DNA of 58,218 nt. Origin: Parcubacteria group bacterium (lineage in GTDB: Bacteria > Patescibacteriota > Minisyncoccia > Phycocordibacterales > Phycocordibacteraceae). The stretch spans positions 1-58,218 of the forward strand of contig JAQBRE010000002.1 in assembly GCA_028286605.1 (NCBI GenBank), given 5' to 3'. Below, piece by piece: positions 43,354 to 52,353 of the stretch. Below the pieces are notes generated by a model. That model was not told where the DNA came from and did no database searches. It saw only the letters and a list, made by a program, of their open reading frames with translations. The position numbers were made by a program, and so were the translations under genes. Position 1 is the stretch's first letter, and each line of letters starts with the position of its first letter.

Positions 43354-44121
43354 TCACTTCTCTCGCTTGCCGCTCCCGCCTTTCTTCCATTTAAAACTCT
43401 TGTGGAAGAAAAATGGAGTGAACACATCGTCATCCGGAGCGACGATAAGCTGCGCGTTGTTACGGGGCGAACGATTCTTCATGGAAATATTCTTTGCGCC
43501 GCGGATGATTGCGACGGGCATTCGTTCGCTTCCCTCTCCCATTTCTAATACCGCAGCAGCAGCGAGCGAATCGATAAGGTTCGCGAGCTCAACGCGAATG
43601 AGGCGGCCGAAGATATCCGGCGTGCCGCGATAGTCACGAAGCGGATCGATACCGTCCCAGGAAAGCGCGAAGCCGATAGCACCGCGGCGGAGCGGCATGC
43701 TCATAGAGTCCGTGATGATGACGGCGACTTCCTTGAGATCGTATTCTTTCATCAGCCATGCGCGCAGATCCTTTGCGCTCTTGAACGGATCCTTCGGATA
43801 CAGCACGTAGTGATCGTTCGCATTGCTTTCGTCGATGCCGGCGGAGCCGGCCATGGCGCCTTTCGTTATGGTGAAACGGCGGCGATAGCGCGAGGTCTTG
43901 GGTGCTTTCAGATACCAGTCCGATTCTTCCTGAATGAGAATTTCTTTGTCTGGAATTTCGCTTATAGGAACCGTGCGACCTTCTTCTATGGAAACGACTT
44001 TCGAGGAGATACAGACGATGTCTCCATCCTTTGGTGAGAAGCGGATGGTTTCTTTCAATACGTCACGCAACGAATCCTTGGGGGGAACGAGTGCACGAAC
44101 TTGGATGCCGGTGACTTGCAT
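43354..44121 (-). CDS. CofE-like (F420-0:gamma-glutamyl ligase family) protein
   Basis: 255 aa. ...GDIVCISSKVVSIEEGR..., ...GSAGIDESNA..., ...VIITDSMSMPLRRGAIGFALSWDGI.... Family call is from memory. Confidence 0.65.
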   Translation of the reverse strand: MQVTGIQVRALVPPKDSLRDVLKETIRFSPKDGDIVCISSKVVSIEEGRTVPISEIPDKEILIQEESDWYLKAPKTSRYRRRFTITKGAMAGSAGIDESNANDHYVLYPKDPFKSAKDLRAWLMKEYDLKEVAVIITDSMSMPLRRGAIGFALSWDGIDPLRDYRGTPDIFGRLIRVELANLIDSLAAAAVLEMGEGSERMPVAIIRGAKNISMKNRSPRNNAQLIVAPDDDVFTPFFFHKSFKWKKGGSGKREK

Positions 44122-44132
44122 CTAGAGACTGT

Positions 44133-44179
44133 AAACGAGAAAGGGCCCGCTGGCTACGCCAGCGGGCCCTTTCTCGTTT
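44133..44179 (-). terminator. 21-bp hairpin between rplK and the CofE-like gene
   Basis: AAACGAGAAAGGGCCCGCTGG-loop-CCAGCGGGCCCTTTCTCGTTT. Confidence 0.65.
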
Positions 44180-44185
44180 GTGAGA

Positions 44186-44605
44186 TTACTTAACCTCAAC
44201 ACCCATCGAACGTGCAGTACCTTCCACCATACGCTCTGCAGCCTCGATAGAGCCTGCGTTGAGGTCTGGCATCTTGGTCTCTGCGATTTCGCGGACCTGA
44301 GCGCGCGTGAGCGTACCCACCTTCTTCGAAGGAGCCTTGCCTGAACCCTTATCAACGCCGAGCGCCTTAAGGATAAGACGGGGCATCGGAGATACCTTCA
44401 GGACGAAGGTGAAGGTACGGTCGTCATACACGGTCATATCAACCGGGATGATGACGCCAGGAGTGCCCTTGGTCGCCTCGTTGAACTTGTTTACGAAGTC
44501 ACCGATGTTAACGCCGGCAGGGCCGAGTACGGTACCGACAGGGGGAGCCGGAGTGGCCTTCCCGCCTGGGATCTGGAGTTTGATTTTCTTTACTATCTTT
44601 GCCAT
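44186..44605 (-). CDS. rplK: 50S ribosomal protein L11
   Basis: [34 protein letters not shown].... Confidence 0.94.
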   Translation of the reverse strand: MAKIVKKIKLQIPGGKATPAPPVGTVLGPAGVNIGDFVNKFNEATKGTPGVIIPVDMTVYDDRTFTFVLKVSPMPRLILKALGVDKGSGKAPSKKVGTLTRAQVREIAETKMPDLNAGSIEAAERMVEGTARSMGVEVK

Positions 44606-44627
44606 ATGAATGTCTTAGGACTGTACG

Positions 44628-45197
44628 CTAGAGCTTACGAATTTGCAAAAAGTCGAGTTCGACAGGAGTCTCGCGTCCGAACATGGCCACCATGACCTTG
44701 ACCTTGCCGCGCTCCTCGTCGATCTCTCCCACCTTCCCTTCCAGGTCCTTGAACGGGCCGTCATTAATGACGACAGGATCATCTTTCTGAAGGTCGATAC
44801 GATGCTTCGGTGCTTCCTGACCCATGCGCTTCATGAGTGATTCCACTTCGCCTTCTTCCATAGGAACCGGCGTGGTGCCGGAACCGACGAAGCCGGTTAC
44901 GCGCGGCGTGTTACGTACGACGAACCATGAATCTTCGTCTACGATCATGCGCACGAGGATGTAGCCCGGGTAGATCTTCTCTTCTTCGAGAACGCGCTTG
45001 CCTCCCTTGATACGAATCTTCTTTTCAGTCGGGACGACTACTTCGAAGATCTTGTGTTCCATGCCGAGCGACTCGATGCGCTGCTTGAGGTTGCGCTCGA
45101 CAGCGTTCTCATAGCCGGCATAGGTGTGGATGGTGTACCAGTGCGGTTCCGTGCTGATAGCGTCATCGGAAAACGAGGGAGCAGTGCGTGTTTCCAT
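44628..45197 (-). CDS. nusG: Transcription termination/antitermination factor NusG
   Basis: NGN (HWYTIHTYAGYENAV) and KOW (PVVINDGPFKDLEGKVGEID). Confidence 0.92.
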   Translation of the reverse strand: METRTAPSFSDDAISTEPHWYTIHTYAGYENAVERNLKQRIESLGMEHKIFEVVVPTEKKIRIKGGKRVLEEEKIYPGYILVRMIVDEDSWFVVRNTPRVTGFVGSGTTPVPMEEGEVESLMKRMGQEAPKHRIDLQKDDPVVINDGPFKDLEGKVGEIDEERGKVKVMVAMFGRETPVELDFLQIRKL

Positions 45198-45220
45198 AGT
45201 AAAAGGATAGTGCTTCTAAA

Positions 45221-45406
45221 TTAACCGCCGATGAAGTAGGCGACGGCCTGAGTGAATCCGTAATCGAGCGCAGCGATGAATGCTGCCGTGAAAACCGAGA
45301 TGAGCACGATGAGAAAAACATGCCCGATGGTGACACGCGTATTAGGCCACACGACGTGGGTCATTTCCGCGCGCACATTTTTTAGATAGCTGAAGAAGTT
45401 ATTCAT
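45221..45406 (-). CDS. secE: Preprotein translocase subunit SecE
   Basis: 61 aa. ...LKNVRAEMTHVVWPNTRVTIGHVFLIVLISVF.... Upstream of nusG. Confidence 0.88.
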   Translation of the reverse strand: MNNFFSYLKNVRAEMTHVVWPNTRVTIGHVFLIVLISVFTAAFIAALDYGFTQAVAYFIGG

Positions 45407-45500
45407 GGTCAGATGTGGTCTAAATAAAAAAGCCCCTCGGGCTCCTTATATATGGCTATATTACTACGTATTGCAAAGGTGTCAAACGAGCATAAACGAA

Positions 45501-45529
45501 CAAGGCGCACAGCTTCGCTGTGCGCCTTG
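45501..45529 (-). terminator. Hairpin after the SIMPL gene
   Basis: CAAGGCGCACAGC-TTC-GCTGTGCGCCTTG. Confidence 0.6.
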
Positions 45530-45550
45530 TTCCCTCTTTTTTCTTCCCGA

Positions 45551-46366
45551 TTACTTGATCTCGTACGTAACGCTCACCGTCACGTCGGTCTCATTCGTAC
45601 CGGTCGGAAGCGATGGTGCTGGTGCGACCGCATCCATAGTCGCTCCCTTGCTGAGGGCCGAGTACATCGGTGATGGGTATGCGCCACCGTTCTCGTTATA
45701 GCTCACGACGTTACCAAGACGAACATGGAGCTGCTTGGCGAGAGTGTCTGCTTTCGTGCGTGCGTCAGCGATGGCATTAGCGCGGGCTGCGTCCGTTACC
45801 GCCGTAGTATCATCAACCATGAAATTTGGACCAGAAATATTCTGTACATTCAATGTGCCGAGCTTCTGAAGAACAGCGCCTGCCTTCGTGGTGTCACGAA
45901 CTTTCACCTGCACGGTCTGTGAAACCTGATAGCCGGTGATGGTATTCGTATTCGTTACGACCATCGGACACATCACGCCTGGAGGGCAGCTCGTTGTGTT
46001 GCTTGAGTACTGCGGATTCACATTGTAGCCGAGGGTCTTCACGTCGACATCCGCGATTCCTTCTGCCTTAAGCGCAGCGATCGAATCATTGGTCTGCTTC
46101 GTTGCTGCATCCTGCGCCGCTTTCACGGTCGTTGCAGTTTGCTGAACGGTGTAGGTGATCATCGCGATATCCGGGGCAGCGTTGCTCTTCCCTTCTCCGG
46201 TAACGGTGATCGTATTTACTGGCTGGCCCGCGCGGACACCGAACTGATCGAGCGCGTCAGCGGTTTTCACTACCAAGAACAATGCGAGCACTGTAAGTGC
46301 TGCAGCAGCCGCGTAGCGGACGGGACGCGACGCCTCTTTTATGACTTCAACGGTTGATTCGTTCAT
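45551..46366 (-). CDS. SIMPL (DUF541) domain periplasmic protein
   Basis: N-terminal TM helix. ITVTGEGKSNAAPDIAMITYTVQ...KAAQDAATKQTNDSIAALKAEGI.... Confidence 0.8.
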   Translation of the reverse strand: MNESTVEVIKEASRPVRYAAAAALTVLALFLVVKTADALDQFGVRAGQPVNTITVTGEGKSNAAPDIAMITYTVQQTATTVKAAQDAATKQTNDSIAALKAEGIADVDVKTLGYNVNPQYSSNTTSCPPGVMCPMVVTNTNTITGYQVSQTVQVKVRDTTKAGAVLQKLGTLNVQNISGPNFMVDDTTAVTDAARANAIADARTKADTLAKQLHVRLGNVVSYNENGGAYPSPMYSALSKGATMDAVAPAPSLPTGTNETDVTVSVTYEIK

Positions 46367-46443
46367 GTGTATACGTGGTTATGTTGTTTAGGTGAATTTT
46401 AGCATTCATACGGTAGCCGTTTCTGAAAGGATATACTTACGGA

Positions 46444-47577
46444 ATGTTCAAAACTCGCACCTCTCTCTTTTTGACACTTGCCGTGTTTATTCTTATTTTA
46501 CCGCTACGTACGCACGCGGCAGGCGAAAACGTTTCGGATAAAGAATATCTAGAAAAAGCGAAGGTAACGAGCGCAAGCGAAAGCACCACATCCCCGGTTG
46601 TTGGCACCAGCGTGAATGAACAATCTCAGACACTCACCATTAGCGTGCTCGATGGTCCCGATAAAGGCACGAGTGCGACATTTGAAAATGATTTCACTCA
46701 GGTAAAGAGCGGTGCGATCGTATATGTTCGTCACAGCGTAAGCGCACAGAATGGTCCTGATCTTTGGTCTGTCTCTGACCCGTATCGCCTGAACGTGCTT
46801 ATAGGGCTCGCTCTCGTATTTTTAGTACTGGTGTTCCTATTCGGAGGAATCCAGGGCATACGTGGTCTTGCTACGTTACTTGGCAGTCTCGTTCTTATTT
46901 TCTATGTATTACTTCCAGGAATTTACGCCGGCATATCGCCTGTGCTCGTGAGCATCGGTGTCGCATCACTTATTATCATCGTCGGTTCATACCTGACGCA
47001 TGGCTTTCGTCGCAGCACGACGGCAGCAATGCTCGGCATGATTGCGACAGTACTCATTACCGGTGCGGGAACGTATTACGTCATTCATGCCGCGCAGCTT
47101 TCCGGATTCACGACAGAATCGAATGCGTATCTTAATTTCAACACGGGAGGAACTATAGATATGGTCGGACTCTTGTTCGGAGGAATCATGATCGGGCTGC
47201 TCGGCGTGTTATATGACATCGCCATCGGCCAGGCAGTTGCCGTGGAAGAATTGGTACGCGCCGCATCGCACTACACCCGAAGACAGGTGTATCGCCGCGC
47301 GCTCCGCATCGGACGCGAACATATCGGCGCACTCATCAATACGCTTGCTATCGCATACGTTGGTGCTTCCCTTCCGTTACTGCTTCTCTTCAGGCAGTCA
47401 GACGTGAGTATTCCGTACGTAATAAATAGCGAACTGTTCGCAACGGAAATCATTCGCATTCTTATGGGCAGCATCGGTCTTATTCTTGCTGTACCCATTA
47501 CGACGCTCATCGCCTCATATTTCCTTACGGCAAAAAATATTCCAAGCGAACCGAGCGGACATACGCATACAACATAG
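46444..47577 (+). CDS. YibE/F family membrane protein
   Basis: Signal/TM, a soluble N-domain, then about 7 TM helices (LIGLALVFLVLVFLFGG...). Confidence 0.75.
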   Translation: MFKTRTSLFLTLAVFILILPLRTHAAGENVSDKEYLEKAKVTSASESTTSPVVGTSVNEQSQTLTISVLDGPDKGTSATFENDFTQVKSGAIVYVRHSVSAQNGPDLWSVSDPYRLNVLIGLALVFLVLVFLFGGIQGIRGLATLLGSLVLIFYVLLPGIYAGISPVLVSIGVASLIIIVGSYLTHGFRRSTTAAMLGMIATVLITGAGTYYVIHAAQLSGFTTESNAYLNFNTGGTIDMVGLLFGGIMIGLLGVLYDIAIGQAVAVEELVRAASHYTRRQVYRRALRIGREHIGALINTLAIAYVGASLPLLLLFRQSDVSIPYVINSELFATEIIRILMGSIGLILAVPITTLIASYFLTAKNIPSEPSGHTHTT

Positions 47578-47638
47578 GATTCATAAAAAGAAAGACCCCC
47601 GCCAAAGCGGAGGTCTGAAGATTCTTGAAGTGGAGCGG

Positions 47639-48334
47639 TTACGCTGCGATTTTCTGACGGCCGGACATTGCACGCAGCGAAGCGAGCAAGGGTTCGGCAA
47701 TCATCGCCAGCGTGCTTTCACGTGCGGGCAGGCTGTATAGAAGCGCGCTCATGCGCTGGTACGACTTGATCTCGGCCGGACCCATGTCGAGCGAGCGACG
47801 AGTCCATTCGGGATGGTCGAAAGAAGCGATGCGAATGACCTTCGTGCCTTCGGCTTCGGCGAGCGAGCGAAGATGATTGATCTGCGCGTACGCCGGCGAA
47901 CCGAGAATGTCTTCGCCTGCACGTTCGATGCAGCCGCCGCAGTCGCAAACGAAGCGAAACGTACAACCGCATTCACTGGAAAGCACTTTGTTCACCAGCC
48001 CCATGTTCCGTTCGGCGAGCGCCATGGATTCGAAGACGGTGTGAAATACCGTCATGTCATCCGTCTGCACACGTTCGAGCGTGTCGAGGTCGAGCGCCGA
48101 GAACGGCATCATTGGCCACGGATACATGCCGCAATCATCGTGCTTAGCCCGATGCGCCATTTCCAGCAGCGCGATGAGCACGGCTGGCTGTGGCGCATGG
48201 TAGTCCGTGATGGCGCCAGCAATCGCCGTGATGGTCGATTGACCGAGACAGCCAAGATACGGTGCTGCGATGAGCGGAATGTCACCCGCATGAAGCGGGC
48301 GATCATAGGAGCGTCCGGTTGCTTGATGGCACAT
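47639..48334 (-). CDS. Cys/His-rich hypothetical protein (CxC-x5-CxCxxC cluster)
   Basis: 231 aa. ...SSECGCTFRFVCDCGGCIERAG.... Downstream of and co-directional with the CooC-like ATPase. The plus-strand ORF 47813-48370 is Arg-rich and looks like an antisense shadow. Confidence 0.6.
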   Translation of the reverse strand: MCHQATGRSYDRPLHAGDIPLIAAPYLGCLGQSTITAIAGAITDYHAPQPAVLIALLEMAHRAKHDDCGMYPWPMMPFSALDLDTLERVQTDDMTVFHTVFESMALAERNMGLVNKVLSSECGCTFRFVCDCGGCIERAGEDILGSPAYAQINHLRSLAEAEGTKVIRIASFDHPEWTRRSLDMGPAEIKSYQRMSALLYSLPARESTLAMIAEPLLASLRAMSGRQKIAA

Positions 48335-48436
48335 GGCCTATTCCTTTATTCAAGAATGAAAGATCGATGACGCTCTCGATAAGAGCATCCGGAAACCTGT
48401 GTGAATCACCGCACAGACTTCCGGATACCAATATCA

Positions 48437-49294
48437 CTAGGCTTTTGCCTTGCTTCGTTCACGCTCGAATGCACGGATACGGACAAGCGTGTCGTTTCTT
48501 TTTGCAGTGCGGCTGCGTAACTCGCTCAGAAGATTTTCGCCCGACTCGCGCGTCGCTTCTGCGACACGTGCAAGATCATATGCGAGCAAGCCCGCATCAG
48601 CAGGAATGTGTCCGACGATGCGACTTCCCCATTCCTGCTCTATCTGTTGCGTGAGCTCAGGATTACTATCTGCCTTATTGATGACCGCGAATAGCGGAAG
48701 GTTTGAGCGCTCTGCAATAGCAGCGACCTGACTAAGCACACGCATACTGTTGCGATGCGGTTCAACGACAACAAGCACAGCATCGGCGCCAAGAAAGAGA
48801 CCGAAGTTCATCATGTCTGCACCAGCAACACCATCGATGACCACATCAGTATCTGCACCTTCATCGAGAAACGGGAGATAAAACTTGAGCGGTGCAGAAT
48901 GTCCGTGCGAACAACGATCAGAAAAGAGAACATCATCTGAGCCGAGTCCAACCGCAATAAGGCTTACGGAATCATTTATGGGGATACGTATGCTGCGCGT
49001 GTATGAATCTTCAGGGTCTAGTGCGAACGACGGTAGCACGCGATCTTCTTCAAGCACGATACGTCCCCAATTCTTATCTTCCTTCAATCCGACTGTATCT
49101 CTGAAGGCATCGTGACGACGGTGCATTGTTGGAGTATCGGGACCTATTTCCTTCCCTAGCAGGGAGACAAGATCCATATTGTGGTCAGCGTCTATAGCCA
49201 GGACCTGACGGCGCTGCGCTGCGAGCAGCTGCACGAGCAGCCAGCTGATTGTACTTTTTCCGCTTCCCCCTTTACCAATGCAGGCGATTTTCAT
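48437..49294 (-). CDS. CooC/MinD-family P-loop ATPase (putative metallochaperone)
   Basis: ATG at 49294. MKIACIGKGGSGKSTISWLLV (deviant Walker A), AIDADHNMDL, potential metal site RCSHGHS. Confidence 0.75.
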   Translation of the reverse strand: MKIACIGKGGSGKSTISWLLVQLLAAQRRQVLAIDADHNMDLVSLLGKEIGPDTPTMHRRHDAFRDTVGLKEDKNWGRIVLEEDRVLPSFALDPEDSYTRSIRIPINDSVSLIAVGLGSDDVLFSDRCSHGHSAPLKFYLPFLDEGADTDVVIDGVAGADMMNFGLFLGADAVLVVVEPHRNSMRVLSQVAAIAERSNLPLFAVINKADSNPELTQQIEQEWGSRIVGHIPADAGLLAYDLARVAEATRESGENLLSELRSRTAKRNDTLVRIRAFERERSKAKA

Positions 49295-49350
49295 ATATGC
49301 AAATTTATTGCGTTTATGTATACTACGCTTCGGAAAGAGTAATTGCAAGT

Positions 49351-49803
49351 ATGTTGCGTGTACGCTACGATATATTGATGACAACGGCTCGATCATTCGA
49401 TGCTGAGGCGGCGCTTCGCGCCGCCGGCCTACGTGCGACTCCTGGGCGCAGCAAGATACTTACCGTACTGGCTTACGAAACGCATCCGCTCTCCATTGAA
49501 AGGATTCGCACGCGTATGGGCAGCACGCTCAATCAGGTAACGCTCTATCGTGCGCTCGAGGCGCTCGCTGATGTGGGCATCGTTACGCGCGCAGATATGC
49601 AGCATGGTCACGCGCACTACGAACTAAGTGCCGGACGAAAACATCATCATCACGTGGTTTGCAGGAATTGCGGACGTGTGGAGGATATAGAGGCGACACA
49701 CGCGACACAGCCCGAGCGCGAAGCGCTTCGGCGAACGAAAGGGTTCGCTTCTATCGACGATTACGCTCTTGAATTCTTCGGCACGTGCAATCGTTGTGCC
49801 TGA
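49351..49803 (+). CDS. zur: Fur family regulator (Zur-like)
   Basis: ...LRATPGRSKILTVLAYETHPLSIERI...VTLYRALEALADVGIV..., HHHHVVCRNCGRV and FGTCNRC (two CxxC). Start is 49351 or 49378. Confidence 0.85.
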   Translation: MLRVRYDILMTTARSFDAEAALRAAGLRATPGRSKILTVLAYETHPLSIERIRTRMGSTLNQVTLYRALEALADVGIVTRADMQHGHAHYELSAGRKHHHHVVCRNCGRVEDIEATHATQPEREALRRTKGFASIDDYALEFFGTCNRCA

Positions 49804-49829
49804 TAGTATTAAAAATAAAGGAATCAACC

Positions 49830-50573
49830 ATGCATCCACTTCTTGTCATGACAATCGCGCTCGGCGCAGCAGCTGCAACGATGATTGGAGGCACGTTTGC
49901 GCTCAAGCTGCGTGACAAGCTGCATTTGATCCTCGGATTCTCTGCCGGCGCAATCATTGCTGTTGCCTTCTTCGACTTGCTTCCCGAGGCGCTTAATCTT
50001 GGGTCGAAGTTCCACGCACTTAACACGATCGTTACGTTCATGGCGATTGGGTTCTTCCTCTACACCATCCTTGACCGCTTTATCCTGCTGCACGCGCATC
50101 ATGATGGTGACGAGGGCGAGGAGCATTCACAACACAGCATGCGCCGAGGCCTTATCGGCGCAGGCAGCCTTTCTGGACATAGTTTCCTTGATGGTTTCGC
50201 TATCGGTCTTGCCTTCCAGGCATCGGCCGCTATCGGTGCAGTGGTTGCTGCAGCAGTGCTTACACACGACTTCTCAGACGGCATCAACACCGTGAACGTA
50301 ATCCTAAAAAATGGCGGTTCCCGAAAGGAAGCCTTCCGCTGGCTTATAACAGATGCTGCTGCCCCCGTCATCGGCGCTGCGGCGACGTTATTCTTCCACG
50401 TGCCAGAAAGCGTCCTTTCGCTTATACTCGCTACCTTCGCCGGATTCTTCCTCTATATCGGCGCAACAGACCTGCTACCAGAAAGCCACCACCAGCATCC
50501 TCGTGCGCTCACGACCGTCATGACGATCCTTGGTGCAGTTGTGCTTTTCATCGTGATTCATCTCGCTGGGTAG
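49830..50573 (+). CDS. ZIP family (ZupT-like) metal transporter
   Basis: ATG at 49830. About 8 TM helices. His-rich loop HAHHDGDEGEEHSQHS. ...SGHSFLDGFAIG..., ...HDFSDG.... Confidence 0.85.
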   Translation: MHPLLVMTIALGAAAATMIGGTFALKLRDKLHLILGFSAGAIIAVAFFDLLPEALNLGSKFHALNTIVTFMAIGFFLYTILDRFILLHAHHDGDEGEEHSQHSMRRGLIGAGSLSGHSFLDGFAIGLAFQASAAIGAVVAAAVLTHDFSDGINTVNVILKNGGSRKEAFRWLITDAAAPVIGAAATLFFHVPESVLSLILATFAGFFLYIGATDLLPESHHQHPRALTTVMTILGAVVLFIVIHLAG

Positions 50574-50595
50574 GAAACGAAGTGTGCAAAATACG

Positions 50596-50630
50596 AAAGA
50601 CGCGCCAGCTTCGCTGGCGCGTCTTTCCTC
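50596..50630. terminator. Bidirectional terminator (ZIP gene / gene 50641-51315)
   Basis: AAAGACGCGCCAGC-TTC-GCTGGCGCGTCTTT. Confidence 0.8.
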
Positions 50631-50640
50631 TTAGCTTTGC

Positions 50641-51315
50641 TTAGTTCGTACTCTGCAGCGTCGACAATGTTTTCAGGAGTGCCTGATGCGACGGGAGATT
50701 CGATATGAGCAATTTAGAGTCGCTCCAATTCGCTACGTTGTGTTCGGTAACATCGAAACGCAACACGTCGTTCGTGCGTGCAAGATAATATTCCGTATGC
50801 ACGATTCCTTCGAATCGTTCGACGGTTATAGATTGAAAGGTCTTTCCATTCGTCAGCACGGGTGTGAATTCGTTCATCGCCTTGGCTGCTATACCTGAAG
50901 ATTCGTGTACGGTGTTCGAAAGAATTACATTGTTCGCCGTCTTTCCTGCTGGAATCGGAAAGCTCGTAATAGTTATTGAATCTGGCGTGCCGCTTGCAAC
51001 GTTTGATGCGTAGGCGTCGCGAAGGGTCGGGTCTGCAGCAAGCAGTGCTGCGCTCGCGCCAAAACCTGTAGGAACTACGTAGACGATGCCAAGGCTCACA
51101 TCCGCAGTGTTCGGTGCGGCGCACGCGGCAAAGGCGCAATCTGGGCCGGTACGGCCCACGCTCGTGCCATCAGGACATACCTTCGCTTCCTGCGTGCAGG
51201 CTTTCTGGCTGCCTTGTGGCGTAAGTGCGACCGGTCGCTCCTTCACGCCACGGTATACGAACGCTCCGAAGGCGATGAGCACTACGATAATGATGCCACT
51301 CAGTAATCCTTTCAT
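50641..51315 (-). CDS. Membrane-anchored secreted hypothetical protein
   Basis: 224 aa. N-terminal TM helix (LLSGIIIVVLIAFGAFVY). Cys-containing segment CTQEAKVCPDGTSVGRTGPDCAFAAC. Confidence 0.6.
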   Translation of the reverse strand: MKGLLSGIIIVVLIAFGAFVYRGVKERPVALTPQGSQKACTQEAKVCPDGTSVGRTGPDCAFAACAAPNTADVSLGIVYVVPTGFGASAALLAADPTLRDAYASNVASGTPDSITITSFPIPAGKTANNVILSNTVHESSGIAAKAMNEFTPVLTNGKTFQSITVERFEGIVHTEYYLARTNDVLRFDVTEHNVANWSDSKLLISNLPSHQALLKTLSTLQSTN

Positions 51316-51321
51316 ACGCGA

Positions 51322-51723
51322 TTAAATAACAGGTTTCTTCAGCGAATCGCGAATTTGTTCCAGCACCATGAGCTCGGCTGATTTTGCCGGCGGCGCTTCC
51401 TGCGGTTCCTGCTTCATAAGGCGATTAATGAAACGAATCACCATGAACAATACGAGCGCGATGATCAGAAAATCGATCACGGCCTGCAGAAACACTCCAT
51501 ATTTTATGGAGACGGTTCCGCCAAGATTGATAACGAGATTCTGAAAATCTATGCGCCCGAGCAGAAGGCCGAGCGGCGGCGTGATGATATTCGTCACGAG
51601 CGAATTCGTGATATTGCTGAAGGCCGTACCGATAACGACACCGATAGCAAGATCCATCACGTTTCCGCGCAGAGCGAATTTCTTGAATTCTTCGAAAAAT
51701 GATTTCATAGGACGATTCTTCAT
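51322..51723 (-). CDS. mscL: Large-conductance mechanosensitive channel
   Basis: MKSFFEEFKKFALRGNVMDLAIGVVIGTAFSNI...ITPPLG.... SD GAGGA before the ATG at 51723. The ORF-track extension to 51945 is unlikely to be real. Confidence 0.88.
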   Translation of the reverse strand: MKNRPMKSFFEEFKKFALRGNVMDLAIGVVIGTAFSNITNSLVTNIITPPLGLLLGRIDFQNLVINLGGTVSIKYGVFLQAVIDFLIIALVLFMVIRFINRLMKQEPQEAPPAKSAELMVLEQIRDSLKKPVI

Positions 51724-51827
51724 GCGGTCCTCATAGCGAGGTGGTAGAATAATTGTAACAACAAAATAGAAACTATCTAGGTGCGGGCATACCGTCTCAC
51801 CGAATGAAGGTTCCCTTCGTATGCAGG

Positions 51828-51901
51828 AATAGATCCTGTCCGTAGTTTCCAAGAGCAACCCGCTAATCCGGATTGTTTTTGGTTTCCGGACAGGATCTAT
51901 T
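51828..51901. repeat. 15-bp perfect inverted repeat with 44-nt spacer in the mscL / 51937 divergent intergenic region
   Basis: AATAGATCCTGTCCG (51828-51842) and CGGACAGGATCTATT (51887-51901). Confidence 0.8.
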
Positions 51902-51936
51902 TTGTAATAATCACAACAGCCTATAATCACGAATAT

Positions 51937-52353
51937 ATGAACCAAGGATCAAAAAAGTTGAGCACGCAGGCAATCGTTCTCATTGGGTTTCTTACCATCC
52001 AATATGTCTTGGGTATGGCAGTGAATCTCTTCGTCCAGTTCCCTGAGGGGGTACAAGGATCTCAATTGTGGAAGTTTGCATGGACACAGACGCTACTCAC
52101 CGTGCATATCAGTATTGGCGTGCTACTTGTGCTTGGCGCCCTCGTATTCGTCGTTCGTTCGTTTCGAAACAAGGATCGAATGTGGATTATTTTTTCGTGC
52201 ACAGGGCTGATCGCAATCGTGACTGCCGGGGTGAGCGGAGCGCTGTTCATGGAAGGCCAGAATGATGCGTATTCTTATAGCATGTCCATTGCATTCTTCG
52301 TTGCGGTGGTCGCATACGGATGGGGCTTATACGCTTCACGCAAAACAACATGA
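51937..52353 (+). CDS. 4-TM membrane protein, hypothetical
   Basis: 138 aa with four hydrophobic helices. Its stop overlaps the next start (ATGA). Confidence 0.6.
   Translation: MNQGSKKLSTQAIVLIGFLTIQYVLGMAVNLFVQFPEGVQGSQLWKFAWTQTLLTVHISIGVLLVLGALVFVVRSFRNKDRMWIIFSCTGLIAIVTAGVSGALFMEGQNDAYSYSMSIAFFVAVVAYGWGLYASRKTT

Noticed and set aside
49295-49350. Zur/Fur box in the zur / CooC-like divergent intergenic region (for example ATGCAAATTTATTGCGT).
   Set aside because: It is only a weak, imperfect palindrome. I cannot support an operator call without a lineage-specific motif model.
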